NCBI RefSeq assembly: GCF_006345805.1
Contig: NC_043004.1
Span: 40,734,001-40,798,000 of the forward strand
Source of the DNA: Octopus sinensis
Lineage: Eukaryota
Direction: 5' to 3'
Length of the DNA: 64,000 nt
Part shown: positions 12,781 to 26,749 of the stretch, one piece after another
How positions within the stretch are numbered: the stretch's first letter is position 1
Layout: each line of letters starts with the position of its first letter
The notes under the pieces: model-generated
Databases searched by the model: none
What the model was told of the DNA's origin: nothing
Seen by the model: only the letters and a program-made list of their open reading frames with translations
Translations under genes and position numbers: made by a program

Positions 12781-13232
12781 CCATCATCATCGTTTAGTCT
12801 CCACTTTCCATGCTAGCATGGGTTGGATGGTTCAAATGGGGTCTGGGAAGCCAGAAGGCATGTAAAAAGCACCATTCAAGCATGATTGTTACCAGCATCG
12901 CCTTACTAGCACTTGTGCTGGTAGCACGGGAAAAAAACATTCGAGCGAGGTTGTTGCCAGTGGCGCTGGACTGGCTCCTGTGCAGGTGGTACATAAAAAG
13001 CACCATTTGAGCATGGCCATTGCCAGTACCGCCTGACTGGCACTCGTGCAAGTGGCACGTTAAAGCACCCACTATACTCTAGGAGTGGTTGGCATTAGGA
13101 AGGGCATCCAGCAGTAGAAACACTTCTAGATTTGATTGGAGCCTGGTGCAGCCATCGGGTTCTCCAGTCCTCAGTCAAATCGTCCAACCCATGCTAGCAT
13201 GGAAAGTGGACATTAAACGATGATGATGATGA
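12781..13232. mobile_element. Two RTE 3' tails fused back to back (- 12781-12860; + 12860-13232)
   Basis: (CAT)n at the left end, (GAT)n at the right end, with an abrupt orientation switch. Confidence 0.75.
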
Positions 13233-13254
13233 TTATATATATATATATATGAAT

Positions 13255-13480
13255 ATATGTATATATTGATGTGTGTGTGTTTTGTGTCTGTATTTGTCCC
13301 CTCACCATCACTTAATAACCAATGTTGGTGTGTTTACATCCCTGTAACTTAGCAATTTGACAAAAGATACCAATAGTATCAGTATAAGGCTTACAAAGGG
13401 GGTCAATTTCTTCAACTAATACCCTTTAAGATGGTACTCCAGCATGGCCACAGTCAAATGACTGGAACAAGTAAAAGCAT
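13255..13480 (+). mobile_element. SINE A 3' half
   Basis: ...CCAGCATGGCCACAGTCAAATGACTGGAACAAGTAAAAG tail. Confidence 0.7.
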
Positions 13481-13482
13481 AT

Positions 13483-13523
<41 letters not shown>

Positions 13524-14631
13524 CCTATGTCTATGTATGTGTATTTATATGCATATATTGTGAATATCCATATGTGTGTTATATAAACAACAAACAGTAA
13601 ACAGCTTAAATAACAATAAAATCACAAACCAAGCAAAAAGAGGAATAAGTCTTCAGATTTGATAAGAAAGTGGCCAAGAGAAATGGTAAACTGTTTCTAT
13701 AGCAACCGTTTTGTGCATCTGACTGAATCTGTAAATGTGTTTTCCATTATGGATCCACAACCATTGAGCCATTGTTCGCAAATCTCTTCTCGAGGGATGG
13801 ATGGATGAATGTTGCTGAAAATATCGCTAATGTGATTTAGATGTGATTGCAGTGGAAAATTTTCAGCTCGTTCTTAATGAATGGGAACATCTTGAGCATT
13901 GCCTAATTATAAGCAAGAAGAAAACAATCATGATCACCAACATCATCATCATCATCGCCATCGTCATTGTCGTCACTGTCCCATCGCCACCACCGTCATT
14001 GGTTGCAACAGCATCACTGTTCTCATTGTCGCAATCACCGTTACTAACACCATGACTATTGTCGGTCACCATCATGACCATCATCACCATACATACACCT
14101 AAAACAAAATTTTTTTCAGGGGCCCTTAAAACACCATTGTGGATCACCAATTTACTATTTTGTAGTGTGGATCCCCAAACACCTTATATGGATCATCAAG
14201 GGCCATATGGACCCCATTTGAAAACCACTGCCATAGAAAGAAAGAATTTTTGATACTCCAGAAAGTAGTGTCCTAGTACTGCTATTATCCAATAACTTAA
14301 ACCAGTTAAAAGGAGGTAAAACTATCGAGATATTCTCATTCTTTCCTCGCAATGACAACAACATGTGAAATGACAAGAACAAGAGCATCAATAACAAGAA
14401 CAGGTTCCTACTGCCACTCTGTGCCAGGTGGAAAGACTAAACATCTACAAAGAGAACAATTCAAACACCATTAACACAGCAATGTTAGAATAATGAAAAA
14501 CTGCAGCCTTCAGGCAAAAACTAACATCATCCACTTGAAATAGAGAAATATTGGAATTAATCATTATCTTTGCCTCCACCTAACTCACTCTCTCTCTCTC
14601 TCTCTCGCCCCTTCTCTCTTTTTCTCTCACA

Positions 14632-14648
14632 TTACATATACATACATA

Positions 14649-14680
<32 letters not shown>

Positions 14681-15411
14681 CATATATACATGCATATATA
14701 TACATACATATATACATGCATATATATACATACATATATACATGCATATATATACATACAAATATACATGCATATATATACATACAAATATACATGCATA
14801 TATATACATACATATATACATGCATATATATACATACATATATACATACATATATACATGCATATATATACATACATATATACATGCATATATATACATA
14901 CATATATGTATACATATATATATACATACATATATGTATACATATATATATACATGCATATATATACATACATATATGTATACATATATGTATACATATA
15001 TATATATATACATATATGTATACATACATATATATATACATACATATATATATATATACATACATATATATATATATACATATATGTATACATACATATA
15101 TGTATACATACATATATGTATACATACATATATGTATACATATATACATATACATACATACATATATGTATACATACATATATGTATACATACATATATG
15201 TATACATACATATATGTATACATACATATATGTATACATACATATATGTATACATACATATATGTATACATACATATATGTATACATACATATATGTATA
15301 CATACATATATGTATACATACATATATGTATACATACATATATATATATATATACATATATATATACATATATATATATATACATACATATATATATATA
15401 TACATACATAT

Positions 15412-15442
<31 letters not shown>

Positions 15443-15723
15443 CATACATACATATATATATACGTACATATATACATACATATATATATACGTACATATA
15501 TACATACATACATATATACATACATATATACATACATACATATATACATACATATATACATACATACGTATATACATACATATATACATACATACGTACA
15601 TACATACATATATACATACATACGTACATACATACATACGTATATACATACATACGTATATACATACATACGTATATACATACATACGTATATACATACA
15701 TACGTATATACATACATACGTAT

Positions 15724-15754
<31 letters not shown>

Positions 15755-15929
15755 CATACATACATATATACATACATACATACATATATATATATATACA
15801 TACATACATATATATACATACATATACATACATACATACATATATATATACACATACGTACATATATATATACACATACGTACATACATATATACACATA
15901 CATACATATATACACATACATACATATAC

Positions 15930-15998
<69 letters not shown>

Positions 15999-16611
15999 CA
16001 TACATACATATATATATATATATACATATACATACATACATATACATACATATATACACATACATACATATATATACATATATACACATACATACATATA
16101 TATACATATATACACATACATACATATATATACATATATACACATACATATACATATATACACATACATACATATATATACATATATACACATATATACA
16201 CGTACATACATATATATACATATATACACGTACATACATATATATACATATATACACGTACATACATATATATACATATATACACGTACATACATATATA
16301 TATACACGTACATACATATATATATACACGTACATACATATATATATACACGTACATACATATATATATACACGTACATACATATATATATACACGTACA
16401 TACATATATATATATACACGTACATACATATATATATACACGTACATACATATATATATACACATACATACATATATATATACACATACATACATATATA
16501 TATACACATACATACATATATATATACACATACATACATATATATATACACATACATATATATATATATATATATACACATACATACATATATATACATA
16601 CATATATACAC

Positions 16612-16682
<71 letters not shown>

Positions 16683-17890
16683 CATATATATATATTCATA
16701 CATATATATATATTCATACATATATATATATTCATACATATATGTATATACATACATACATACATGCATATATATAATACATACCTATTGTACATATATA
16801 TATATATACATTATGTACATATATATATATACTACATATATGTACATATATAATATACATACATATATTACATATATATATATACATACATATATGTACA
16901 TATATATATATACATACATATATGTACATATATATATATACATACATATATGTACATATATATATATACATACATATATGTACATATATATATATACATA
17001 CATATATGTACATATATATATATACATACATATGTGTACATATATATATATACACATACATATACATATATATATACATATATATACATATATACATATA
17101 TATACATATATACATATATATATATATACATACATATACATATACATATATATATACATATATATACATACATTTATACATATATATACATACATTTATA
17201 CATATATATACATACATATATACATACATACATATACATACATACATATACATACATATACATATATATACATACATACACATACATATACATACATACA
17301 CATACATACATACATACACATACATATATATATATATATACATATATGTATGTATATACATATATATACATACATACATACATATATATACATACACATA
17401 CATACATATATATACATACGTATACATACATATACATACATACATATATATACATACGTATACATACATATATATACATACGTATACATACATATACATA
17501 CATATATATACATACGTATACATACATATACATACATACATACATATATACATACGTATACATACATATACATACATACATACATATATATACATACGTA
17601 TACATACATATACATACATACATACATATATATACATACGTATACATACATATACATACATACATACATATATATACATACATACATATATATACATACC
17701 TATATATACATACATATACATACATACATATACATATATACATACATACATATACATATATACATACATATACATATATACATACATATACATATATACA
17801 TACATATACATACATATACATACATATACATATATATATATATATATACATAATATATATATATATATATATGCACACACACACATATAC
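14632..17890. repeat. About 3.2-kb purine-pyrimidine-alternating (TA/CA) microsatellite array with block-wise higher-order units
   Basis: Units such as TATATATACATACATATATACATGCATA (28), TATGTATACATACATA (16), TACGTATATACATACA (16) and TATATATACACGTACATACATA (about 22). Confidence 0.95.
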
Positions 17891-18110
17891 ATGTATACAC
17901 ATATATATATTTCAGCCCTTAAACCCCTAGCATTGTTGGGGTACACCTATGTATGTATGTATGTATAATGATATACATACATACATATATTATATATACA
18001 CACACACACACATACATACACGCACATATATACATACATACACTCACATATATACATACACACACACACACATATGCATACATACATATATATATGTATA
18101 TGTGTGTGTT

Positions 18111-18141
<31 letters not shown>

Positions 18142-19149
18142 GGTGTGTGTGTGGCTATGTTTGTGAGCATCTGTGAATCTATATCTAGATGTATGCTCTA
18201 GGTATCTCACTGTACACATATACAGCACTCATTTGGATAGACAGATAATTAGAGAGAGAGAGAGAGAGCGAGAGAGACGCACAGATGCTTAACTCTGTTC
18301 ACATGGTGCATTAACCATAAATTTTATTGCAACTATTAGTTACACACACAAGATAGATATATATTGTATCATATGTGTGTATTTATTTCTCACATACATG
18401 TGTATGGAATATGATTTGCTTATATATACACATACATACTTACATATATGGGCATACATGCATATAACAAATATATATGCATGTATATATATGTGTATTT
18501 ATTTATACCCAATAGATTTATGGTTAGTTTGGTTAGCTTGTGATATTTATTTTATAGGCTTTTCAAAATCAAATTAAGTTTTCCCAATGCTTTATAATGA
18601 ATACTAAGAATTTAGACAACTGCTGCAGGAATTTTCAATAGCTTATCAAGAATTCTGAATCAGAAACTTGCTCAAGGCTTAGATTTCACACTGCCAAAAG
18701 ATTTAGTGTGAAGAAATAGAATTCGAAATATATAATATACAAAACAACCTGGATGCTGATGTTATTGTTAGAGCTGCTGCTGCTGCTGCTACTACTACTA
18801 CTGCTGCTTTAGCTATATTTGTCATTGTTTGGGTTTTTTTTTAATTTTGGTTATACTGAAATCAGCTTTGATCCAAGGAAATCTGTGATAAAAGATGTAC
18901 AGAAGTGATGTTCGTTTGTTGTTTAATTTTTTTTTCCTGTTTACTGTTTTTTTCTTTTAATTTTAGGTAGCAGCACTGCCATGGTTGTGTAATTAAGAAG
19001 CTTGCTTTGCAATCATGCAGCTTGAGGTTCAATCTCACTGCATGGCACTTGAAGAAATTACCTCTACTATAACCCTACGCCAACCAATACCTTGTATGTG
19101 GATTTGGAATGAGCAGAAGCCCATTACACACACATATATATATATATCA

Positions 19150-19400
19150 TCATTATCATCGTTTAACGTCCGTTTTCCATGCTAGCATGGGTTGGACGGT
19201 TCAACTGGGGTCTGGGAAGCCAGAAAGCTGTGCCAAGCCCAGTCTGATCTGGCAGTGTTTCTACGGCTGAATGCCCTTCCTAACGCCAATCACTCCATGA
19301 GTGTAGTGGGTGCATTTTACGTGCCACCTGCGCAGGTGCCAGACGAGGCTGGCAAACGGCCATGATCGGATGGTGCTTTTTACGTGTCACCGGCACAGAG
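19150..19400 (-). mobile_element. RTE 3' tail fragment
   Basis: (CAT)n adjacent to (TA)n; conserved tail sequence. Confidence 0.85.
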
Positions 19401-19413
19401 GCATTTATATATA

Positions 19414-19441
19414 CTAGCTGGTGTACCCGGTAATTCCCGGG
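19414..19441 (-). mobile_element. Helitron-like 3' terminus
   Basis: On the minus strand, hairpin CCCGG-GAATTA-CCGGG then 8 nt, then CTAG followed by T. Confidence 0.6.
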
Positions 19442-20225
19442 GGTAAATATGTTCTATTGAAACGCCTTATTACTCTGATATAAGAAAGCATTTTCCTTAT
19501 AACTGCCACAAAAGGTGTATTTTGCACCGTGGAAAAGTACAAAAATCTGTCAGCTGGAGGAGGGAGAGATTGTTGGAGGTTGGCGAGAAGGTACTCTGAC
19601 TCGGCATGGCATTTTAAAGGTGAGCTTTATGATGGCTAATTTATTAAAGGTAATATATAAATGAAGTATATATGTATATTAATATATGAATGAAGTGTTT
19701 AACATTTAAGAATGAAATGAAGAAAGTGCAATAATAACATTCACACTTACTGATGGCAGTTCACACACATGCATCAGACAATCTACCATTCACTCTGAGC
19801 GAGAGGCCCTTTGTCACCAGTAGGGGTAGAAGCTTTCTGAACTTTGCGTAACTATTCTCATTCTCGTGGTAACACTCTCTGAGCATCCATCCCAACTACA
19901 GACTTGGTCCCCTAGGTAGCTTAGACCATTGCTCCATATATTCTCTAATACAAATCAGGTTTTATGCAGGGTCAAAGTTGGGAACAAAACGATAACAGTT
20001 GGAGACATACAAGGAAACCGAATGTAAAGACACATGGAGGGTCGTTGGATCAGAACACGTGGCAAATAGTGGAAGCTGGGAGAAGCATTTTTTTTTTCAT
20101 AAGAGAAAAGATAGAAGAACGAGAGAAAAACACCTCTGTTTAAACATCCCTGCAGGAAAAGATGGATGATGGTTACATGTGAGCAATGAGAGAGAGAGAG
20201 AGAGAGAGAGAAAGGGAAAGCATGG

Positions 20226-20266
<41 letters not shown>

Positions 20267-20328
20267 TTTGCACTGTTGGGGACATGCTGTACCCATATAT
20301 GCATGTATATATATATTTTATTTATTAT

Positions 20329-20374
<46 letters not shown>

Positions 20375-20399
20375 TATTTTCTTCCTTTTTTTTCTTCCG

Positions 20400-20690
20400 A
20401 CCAGGCCATAAGATGTTGCTACACATCGCTGGTCACAATGCGCTTCGCATTGTTTTAGCCTTCAAATGACGCTACCCTTCTGTCTAACCAAGCAGGCTGA
20501 CAGAAGAAAGAGTGAGAGAAAGTTGTGGTGAAAGAATACAGCAGGGATTACCACCACCCTCTGCCAGAGCCTCGTGGAGCTTTAGGTGTTTTCGCTCAAT
20601 AAACACTTACAACGCCCGATCTGGGAATCGAAACTGCGATCCTACGACCGTGAGTCTGCTGCCCCAACCACTGGTCCATTGCGCCTCCAC
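20400..20690 (-). mobile_element. tRNA-derived SINE family C
   Basis: Head GTGGAGGCGCAATGG..CAGTGGTT...GTTTCGATTCCC shared with 48770. Confidence 0.8.
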
Positions 20691-20734
<44 letters not shown>

Positions 20735-21254
20735 ATGTATATACATGCATACAATGGGCTTCTACACAGTTTCCATCAAACAATTTCAGTCACAAGGCAT
20801 TGGTTAGTCTGGGCTGCAGCAGAAGACATTAAAGCTGACAGTGCAGTGGTATTGAACCTGAGACCACACAGCCATGCAAGCACCTGTTCATGAATTATAT
20901 CTCCACTAAACAGAGGATGAATTTTATTAATCTCTTCCTAAAAGCTGGCACAAGTTCCAGAATTTGTCATGAAATTTTGGTGCCATCTAATACGTCCAAT
21001 TTGTTCCATATGAGTTTGGAAAGTCTTTCTAGTAGGGGTGAATCACTTGAAGCGGTTTCCAGTATGTTATGATTTCTATTTTGTAATATTTTTTCTTCCA
21101 GTTTGTTTGTCTGTTCCTGTCTCTGTGATTGGCATGCTGGAGTTTTTTAGGTGGGTGTTGTCCAGAAGGCATAATTATGTGAAAAAAGAAATAGTTTTAA
21201 TCAAATTTGTCTCCTGTTTCAGACAACAAATTTATTGTGGCACTAAATGGAAAT

Positions 21255-21917
21255 GAAACTGACAGGGAAGGATGAGAGAGACAGGTTGGTGAGGGAAGAG
21301 AATGGATGGGATGGGATGGGATGAAGGGTGATAAAAAAAAGGGTAGAGGTAAGAGTGAGAGGTATGAGATAGAGAGGATGAGATTATAAGAGAGAGAGAG
21401 AGCAATAAGAGTTGTGTGAACGAGAGAACAATGAGGCAGAGAGAGAAAATACTGGAAAACTAAGGAATAAGGGAGAGAAATAAGAAAGGAAGGAGAAAAA
21501 AGAAAAAAGAGCAAAAGAACGAACAATAAAGTGAATGAAAGAAGGAAGGAAAGAATGAGAAAGACAGAAGAAAGGAAAGAACATATAAGTAAGAATGAAA
21601 GTAAGAGAGACGGAAAGAAAGGAAGGAACAAAAATGAACGAAAGAGAGGAAGGAAAGAAAGAAAGAAAGAAAAGAACAAAAAGTAAGAATGGGAGTAAGA
21701 GATGAAAAGAAAGCGAAAGGAAGGAAGGAAGGAAGGAAAAGCAGACTTAGATGCAAAAGAATAAATGTATGAAAAGGAGGTAGGATAAGAGTGGGTGGGA
21801 GAGAAAGTAACAGAAAGGTAACGGGATTAAGAGGAAACATGGAAGGTGTAGTGAAAAAGTGACACAGAGTGGGAGAAGGGTCCAAGGCAAGATATACAGT
21901 GGAAGGAGCAGGGTGTA

Positions 21918-21950
<33 letters not shown>

Positions 21951-22375
21951 CAGACAGAGAGAGAGGGGGTGGATTGAAGGGTTATGTGAAAGATAGAGAT
22001 GTTATGAGAAAAGGAGAATAAAAAGAAGAGCTGTGAGAAAGAGAAAGAGGTATAATCAGAGAGAGAGAGAGAGGGGCAGAGAGGAAGTCAGGAGAGATGT
22101 GGTAGAGTAAGAGAGAGAGAGAGTGGGAGAAAATTGGATGTGTATTGATACATGAGTGAGAGGTGGGCAACGAAAGAGAGAGAGATAAGGTGGAAAGTAA
22201 GAGTGAGGATCGGAAGAAGGTAAGAAAGAGAGGAAGGAGGTATGGAAAAGGAAAATGAAGGAAAGAGGAGTAGGAGAAAGAAAAGGGGAGGAGAAATAAG
22301 AGAAAGAGAGGAGAAAGAAGGAAAATGGGAGGAGGAGCAAGAAACAAAATAGGATTGAAAGAGAGACTTGAACAT
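21255..22375. repeat. About 1.1-kb polypurine (A/G-rich) low-complexity tract
   Basis: Plus strand is almost free of C; degenerate GA/GAAA/GGAA repeats. Confidence 0.85.
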
Positions 22376-23424
22376 GGGAAGTCAAAACCCAGATATCTGA
22401 AATACTGATCAGACGAACTTCAGGTTTATTCAGACAAGATCGCAAGCTGCTGTGAATATTTAATTATAGTATAATCCAACCTCAAGGATAATACTTGTGC
22501 TAACCATTTTGTCTTTCATTGACAATGATTAAAAACAGAGAATTTGAAATACTGGAGAACATGATAAAATAAAAACCGAAATAAAATCCTTATATCAATG
22601 ATCGAGTCTTTTGCTTTAATATGCTACATATTAGCCCTGACCATTAACATGAACTCAGTCACATTAAACAGTGTAAAAATAATCTTAAGCAATGTTTCGT
22701 TTTATGATCCAGAAAGTGAAACTGCTAAAGTCAGCAGAAGTCACAATTTTCTAGAAATTCAGCATTGAAATAAAAGTGAAAGAATTGTTTTTTTTAAAAG
22801 GAATGAGAGGCAAACTTGGTGTCAGAAATTGATAATTGTGAAATCCAAATTTTTGTGAAATGTTTTTGATTTACTTTACCCTTTTTTTTTCCCATAATAA
22901 TATAAATTAAAATATAAGAAATATGATAATACTGTCAACAGCATATAACTACTCCCCATCAATGCATCTCCACAAGGTAATGTGTGGTGACTCATGAAAC
23001 CCATTGCTTCATTACAACATACTGCTGAATTATGAATTAATTTCAGCGACACAAGAAAATGGCGCTTTCAATGCTTAATACAAATATCCCATGCGACAAT
23101 TCTTTTCAGTCAGCTCCCCAAGGATATCATCTACAATTCTCGCAGGGGCTTCTTGTGAAAAGGACAAACTTCTTTTATGCATTTCCTCCATGCATAAACA
23201 ATTTCGAAATAAACTATCAGATTCAAGGAAAAACATTATTTCCAGTTTCAATTCATTGCTGAGTTTAGTTCAGTACAACTGAACATAATTTTACTTTAAT
23301 TCTACCATTTCGATCTTAATCGACTTCAGTATCATAAAACAAAACACTGTCAGAGGAAAACTGCGATCCTCGAGACTTTCTGAATGGTGCGCCGATGGAA
23401 AATTACCTTGATTTTTTTTTTGGC

Positions 23425-24400
23425 ACAGGAGTGGCTGTGTGGTAAGTACCTTACTTACCAGCCACATGGTTCCGGGTTCAGTCCCACAACATGACACCTT
23501 GGGGAAGTGTTTTCAACTATAGCCTCGGGCCAACCAAAGCCTTGTGAGTGGATTTGGTAGACGGAAATTGAAAGAAGCTCATTGTATATATGTATAATGT
23601 CACCGAGGAAATGACTAGAGACCGTGACCTTTGGAAGTACGCTGTGTGTGAGAAGACCCGGCAGGACAAGTGAGACCATAACTCGTGGCCTCTACCTGGG
23701 ATGTAGCCAGTCCACTTATGCATACCTTTCCTTCTTGGGACACAAAACTCTACTTGTGAAGACCTGTTGAGGCAAGTGAAAATCCAAATCAAAATTAAAA
23801 TCAAAATCGATCAACATCAATGGAAATTGCAGCTGTGATGCCAGTGGTACGTAAGAGAACCATCCGAGCATGGCTGTTGCCAGTGTCCCCCGACTGGCGT
23901 CGTGCCGCTGGCACATAAAAAGCACCATCCGATCATGGCCGTTTGCCAGCCTAGTCTGGCACCAGTGCCGGTGGCATGTAAAAAGCACCCACTACACTCA
24001 CGGAGTGGTTGGCGTAAGGAAGGGCATCCAGCCGTAGAAACATTGCCAGATCAGACTGGGCTTGGTGCACCCTTCTGGCTTCCCAGACCCCAGTTGAACC
24101 GTCCAACCCATGCTAGCTTGGAAAGCGGACGCTAAATGATGATGATGATGATGAAGATGATATATATATATATATATATATGTCTGTGTGTATGTGTGTG
24201 TTTATCCCCCCGCCCACCAACATCGCTTGACAACCAATGCTGGTGCGTCTACGTCCCCGTCACTTAGCGGTTCGGCAAAAGAGACTGATAGAATAAGTAC
24301 TAGGCTTACAAAGAATAAGTCCTGGGGTCGATATCCTCGACTAAAGGCGGTGCTCCAGCATGACCGCAGTCAAATAACTGTAACAAGTAAAAAAGTAAAA
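23425..24400 (+). mobile_element. SINE A split by a 5'-truncated RTE insertion (about 23598-24160)
   Basis: SINE head, then RTE ORF end EKTRQDK*, 3' UTR and (GAT)n, then the SINE 3' half resumes after (TA)n. Confidence 0.85.
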
Positions 24401-24499
24401 GAGGAATATATTTTACAAAACAAAAAAAAACAAAGAACAAAAAAAAAGGAGAAAGGAAAGAAAGAGAAACATCAATGCAGCATCAAGTGCTTCAATTGG

Positions 24500-25370
24500 T
24501 CTCACACCACAAGGTTCAACGGGACCTACTGAAGCAAGCCAGCACGCTCAATGCATTACCACAGGCGATGGCGAGGCTAAGGTGTTGGAAAAGCCAAGCA
24601 CCCTCACGGGCATCACCTGATACCTCTGTATGGCGAGCCACCAACGATGACACGAACTTCACTGTTAGCAGTCCAGCCCCTCCAAATGTCTCATTCGTCA
24701 CAGGCTAGAAGTGATAGTTCCCTGCCAGGTCCCGATACTTCAGGGTTTTGTTTCGTTCAGTGACCCTTCCATTTACCGCAGCATTCAGGATGTGGGAGGG
24801 AGTAAAAGAGTCACAGACCATGACGCCCCATATTAGGCACTTACCTCTTGCTCAGGAACAGAGAGTAAGACCATCGGGTCTCTTGCCATCATTTCTGGAT
24901 AATCCCGATGGCTCCAGAACTGTGAGGATATTAATTCGAGCCAGGGCTCGCCTAATGATTAAGCTCAGTGTGATGAACGAAACGACCAGCATTTAGGCGG
25001 TCAGACAAACCGTGAAGACCAGTGGGATCGAGGGGCCTACCTCAGCGACATCTCAGTCCCCTACAGACGTCAGCTTCCACTCTGAGTGCGATGGAGATGC
25101 GGAGCTCATCAACCCAGTCCCCTGAGACTTTAGCACTAGCAGAAAGCATGTGACACCTTGAAAATTGATCAGATTGATCAAGGAGAGAATTGAAATTGGC
25201 ACCTGGACGCAGATCGTCTCATACTCTATGCTTCCGTCTATCTCAACTGTAACAGGAACTGATACACCCAGCTCTCTCCACTGTAACAGAGCTTCATCCA
25301 TCTCCCTGTTGGAATTAATCCAAGTTGGAGAGGAGATGATGTTGCCTACCAAAGGGGAGCAAGCGTAGAT
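24500..25370 (-). pseudogene. CRE-clade non-LTR retrotransposon C-terminus (zinc knuckle and restriction-like endonuclease), decayed
   Basis: Minus-strand translation: PTGLHGLS...GRF..H.ELN, LEPSGLSRNDGKRPDGLTL, ERNKTLKYRDL, ETFGG...GDAREGAWLFQHLSLAIACGNALSVL. Confidence 0.8.
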
Positions 25371-26213
25371 GGAGGAAAAAACAGGGACGAGAGGGAGAGA
25401 GAGAGACTAGCACTTGCGCAGACCTAAACCCCCAAAAGTTTTGAAGAACGAACAATTCGTTGACAAAGAAAAATAATTTATAAAAATGAACAGTTAATGG
25501 CAAAAGGAGTGAAGAAAAATGAGTGAAAATTAGAAAAATAAATACAATAAAACGGCATGCACACTCCCTCAATTATACATCGCACCAGAGGACATTGGAA
25601 TTCCTCTATCTAAAGGAATTCTGAGACAATCAAAAACATTCACGCCATTAACCGTGGATGATTGCGAGACTGAAGTGTTTGAACAACAGGGCACTTACCA
25701 GAACATAATCTAATGCTTCGGTGAGGCTAGAAGCTAACAAAGCCAAAAACTTCTTTGTAGTTAACTCCAGAGAACGTCTCAAAAAATTACATTATTTCTA
25801 ATGTTGCTCCGTTTAGTTATGAATGCAGTTGTACTTGCCATTACAGCATTAAGGATGTGTGATCGCGCAAAATTGTTAACAGTGGTGCCTGTTATAATTC
25901 CATTCGTCGAGAGTTGAACTCACAAAGAAAAGTTCACAAAATTTATTAATATTTAATTTAATTTATAATTTATAGCAAACGTGAACTATCAGAGAAAAAT
26001 ATAATAACAGCAGATTATTTTACGACACACTTGTATAATTTCGCAACACAAGTTAGAAAGCGATGGAATACACACGCAAACCGGATATAGTCTTATGTAG
26101 AACGAAATGAATTGTCGCATTGAAATCAACCAATCAGCTCAAAATAAACTTGATTCAATATTAATTTCAAACATAGATACAGAATACGCATGTACATCGA
26201 TGTTCTTCAAGGG

Positions 26214-26749
26214 TAGTGGTTCTCAAACTGGAGTTCGCGGACCTTTCGGAGACCGTGAAGGGACGCTGAAGTATCGTGAAAACGGGGTGGCTTGAAACAG
26301 GTTTAAAACTTTCAAGACTTTCAATTTTTCGCATGCTATCATCCTTCCTTTTTCCTTTCTTTCTTTTTTTTTTTGTCGTTGGCCTCAAAAACCCACGCCA
26401 CACCTACACAGTTGCTAATCACATTTGTTTGGCTGATAGAAAATATGCGAGTATAACGGTTGATCGCGCATGTGCTGTCGGTATCTTTCGTTTCTCATTT
26501 GTTTTTTAACCAATTGATCAACCGATTCCTCATATTTTCATATCCATTTATTGTATCCCAATGGGGTACTGCCTGGATTAAGTTGTGGTTTTTAGGGTTG
26601 TAGGTCTATGAGCAGTGCGGTTCATAGTCCGGAAATTACGGTACACGAATGTATCATTTTTTTTCCATGTTGATTATCCTGCATTTTATAGGGGACCGCA
26701 AATCATCGAAAAAAAACTGTAAAATCTTTTGAAACGTTTGAGAACCACT
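26214..26749. mobile_element. hAT (Charlie-like) non-autonomous element, 536 bp
   Basis: TIR (C/T)AGTGGTTCTCAAAC / GTTTGAGAACCACTG; right flank CTCTAGAG (NTCTAGAN target); left TSD degraded. Confidence 0.75.

Noticed and set aside
13690-13870. About 58-aa open frame on the minus strand (ENFPLQSHL...CEQWLNGCG)
   Set aside because: No recognisable homology and weak splice signals.
14570-17968. Long ORFs of up to 1045 aa (YIYIHT/MYVCI repeats), and similar ORFs at 2.6-3.6, 4.7-5.3 and 39.8-40.5 kb
   Set aside because: These are translations of TA/CA microsatellites that lack stop codons by composition; they are not genes.
21197-22445. F/S/L-rich membrane-protein-like ORFs
   Set aside because: These are translations of the polypyrimidine strand of the low-complexity tract.
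23760-23790. CTGTTGAGGCAAGTGAAA in the RTE 3' UTR
   Set aside because: Stem II does not pair and there is no cleavage triplet.
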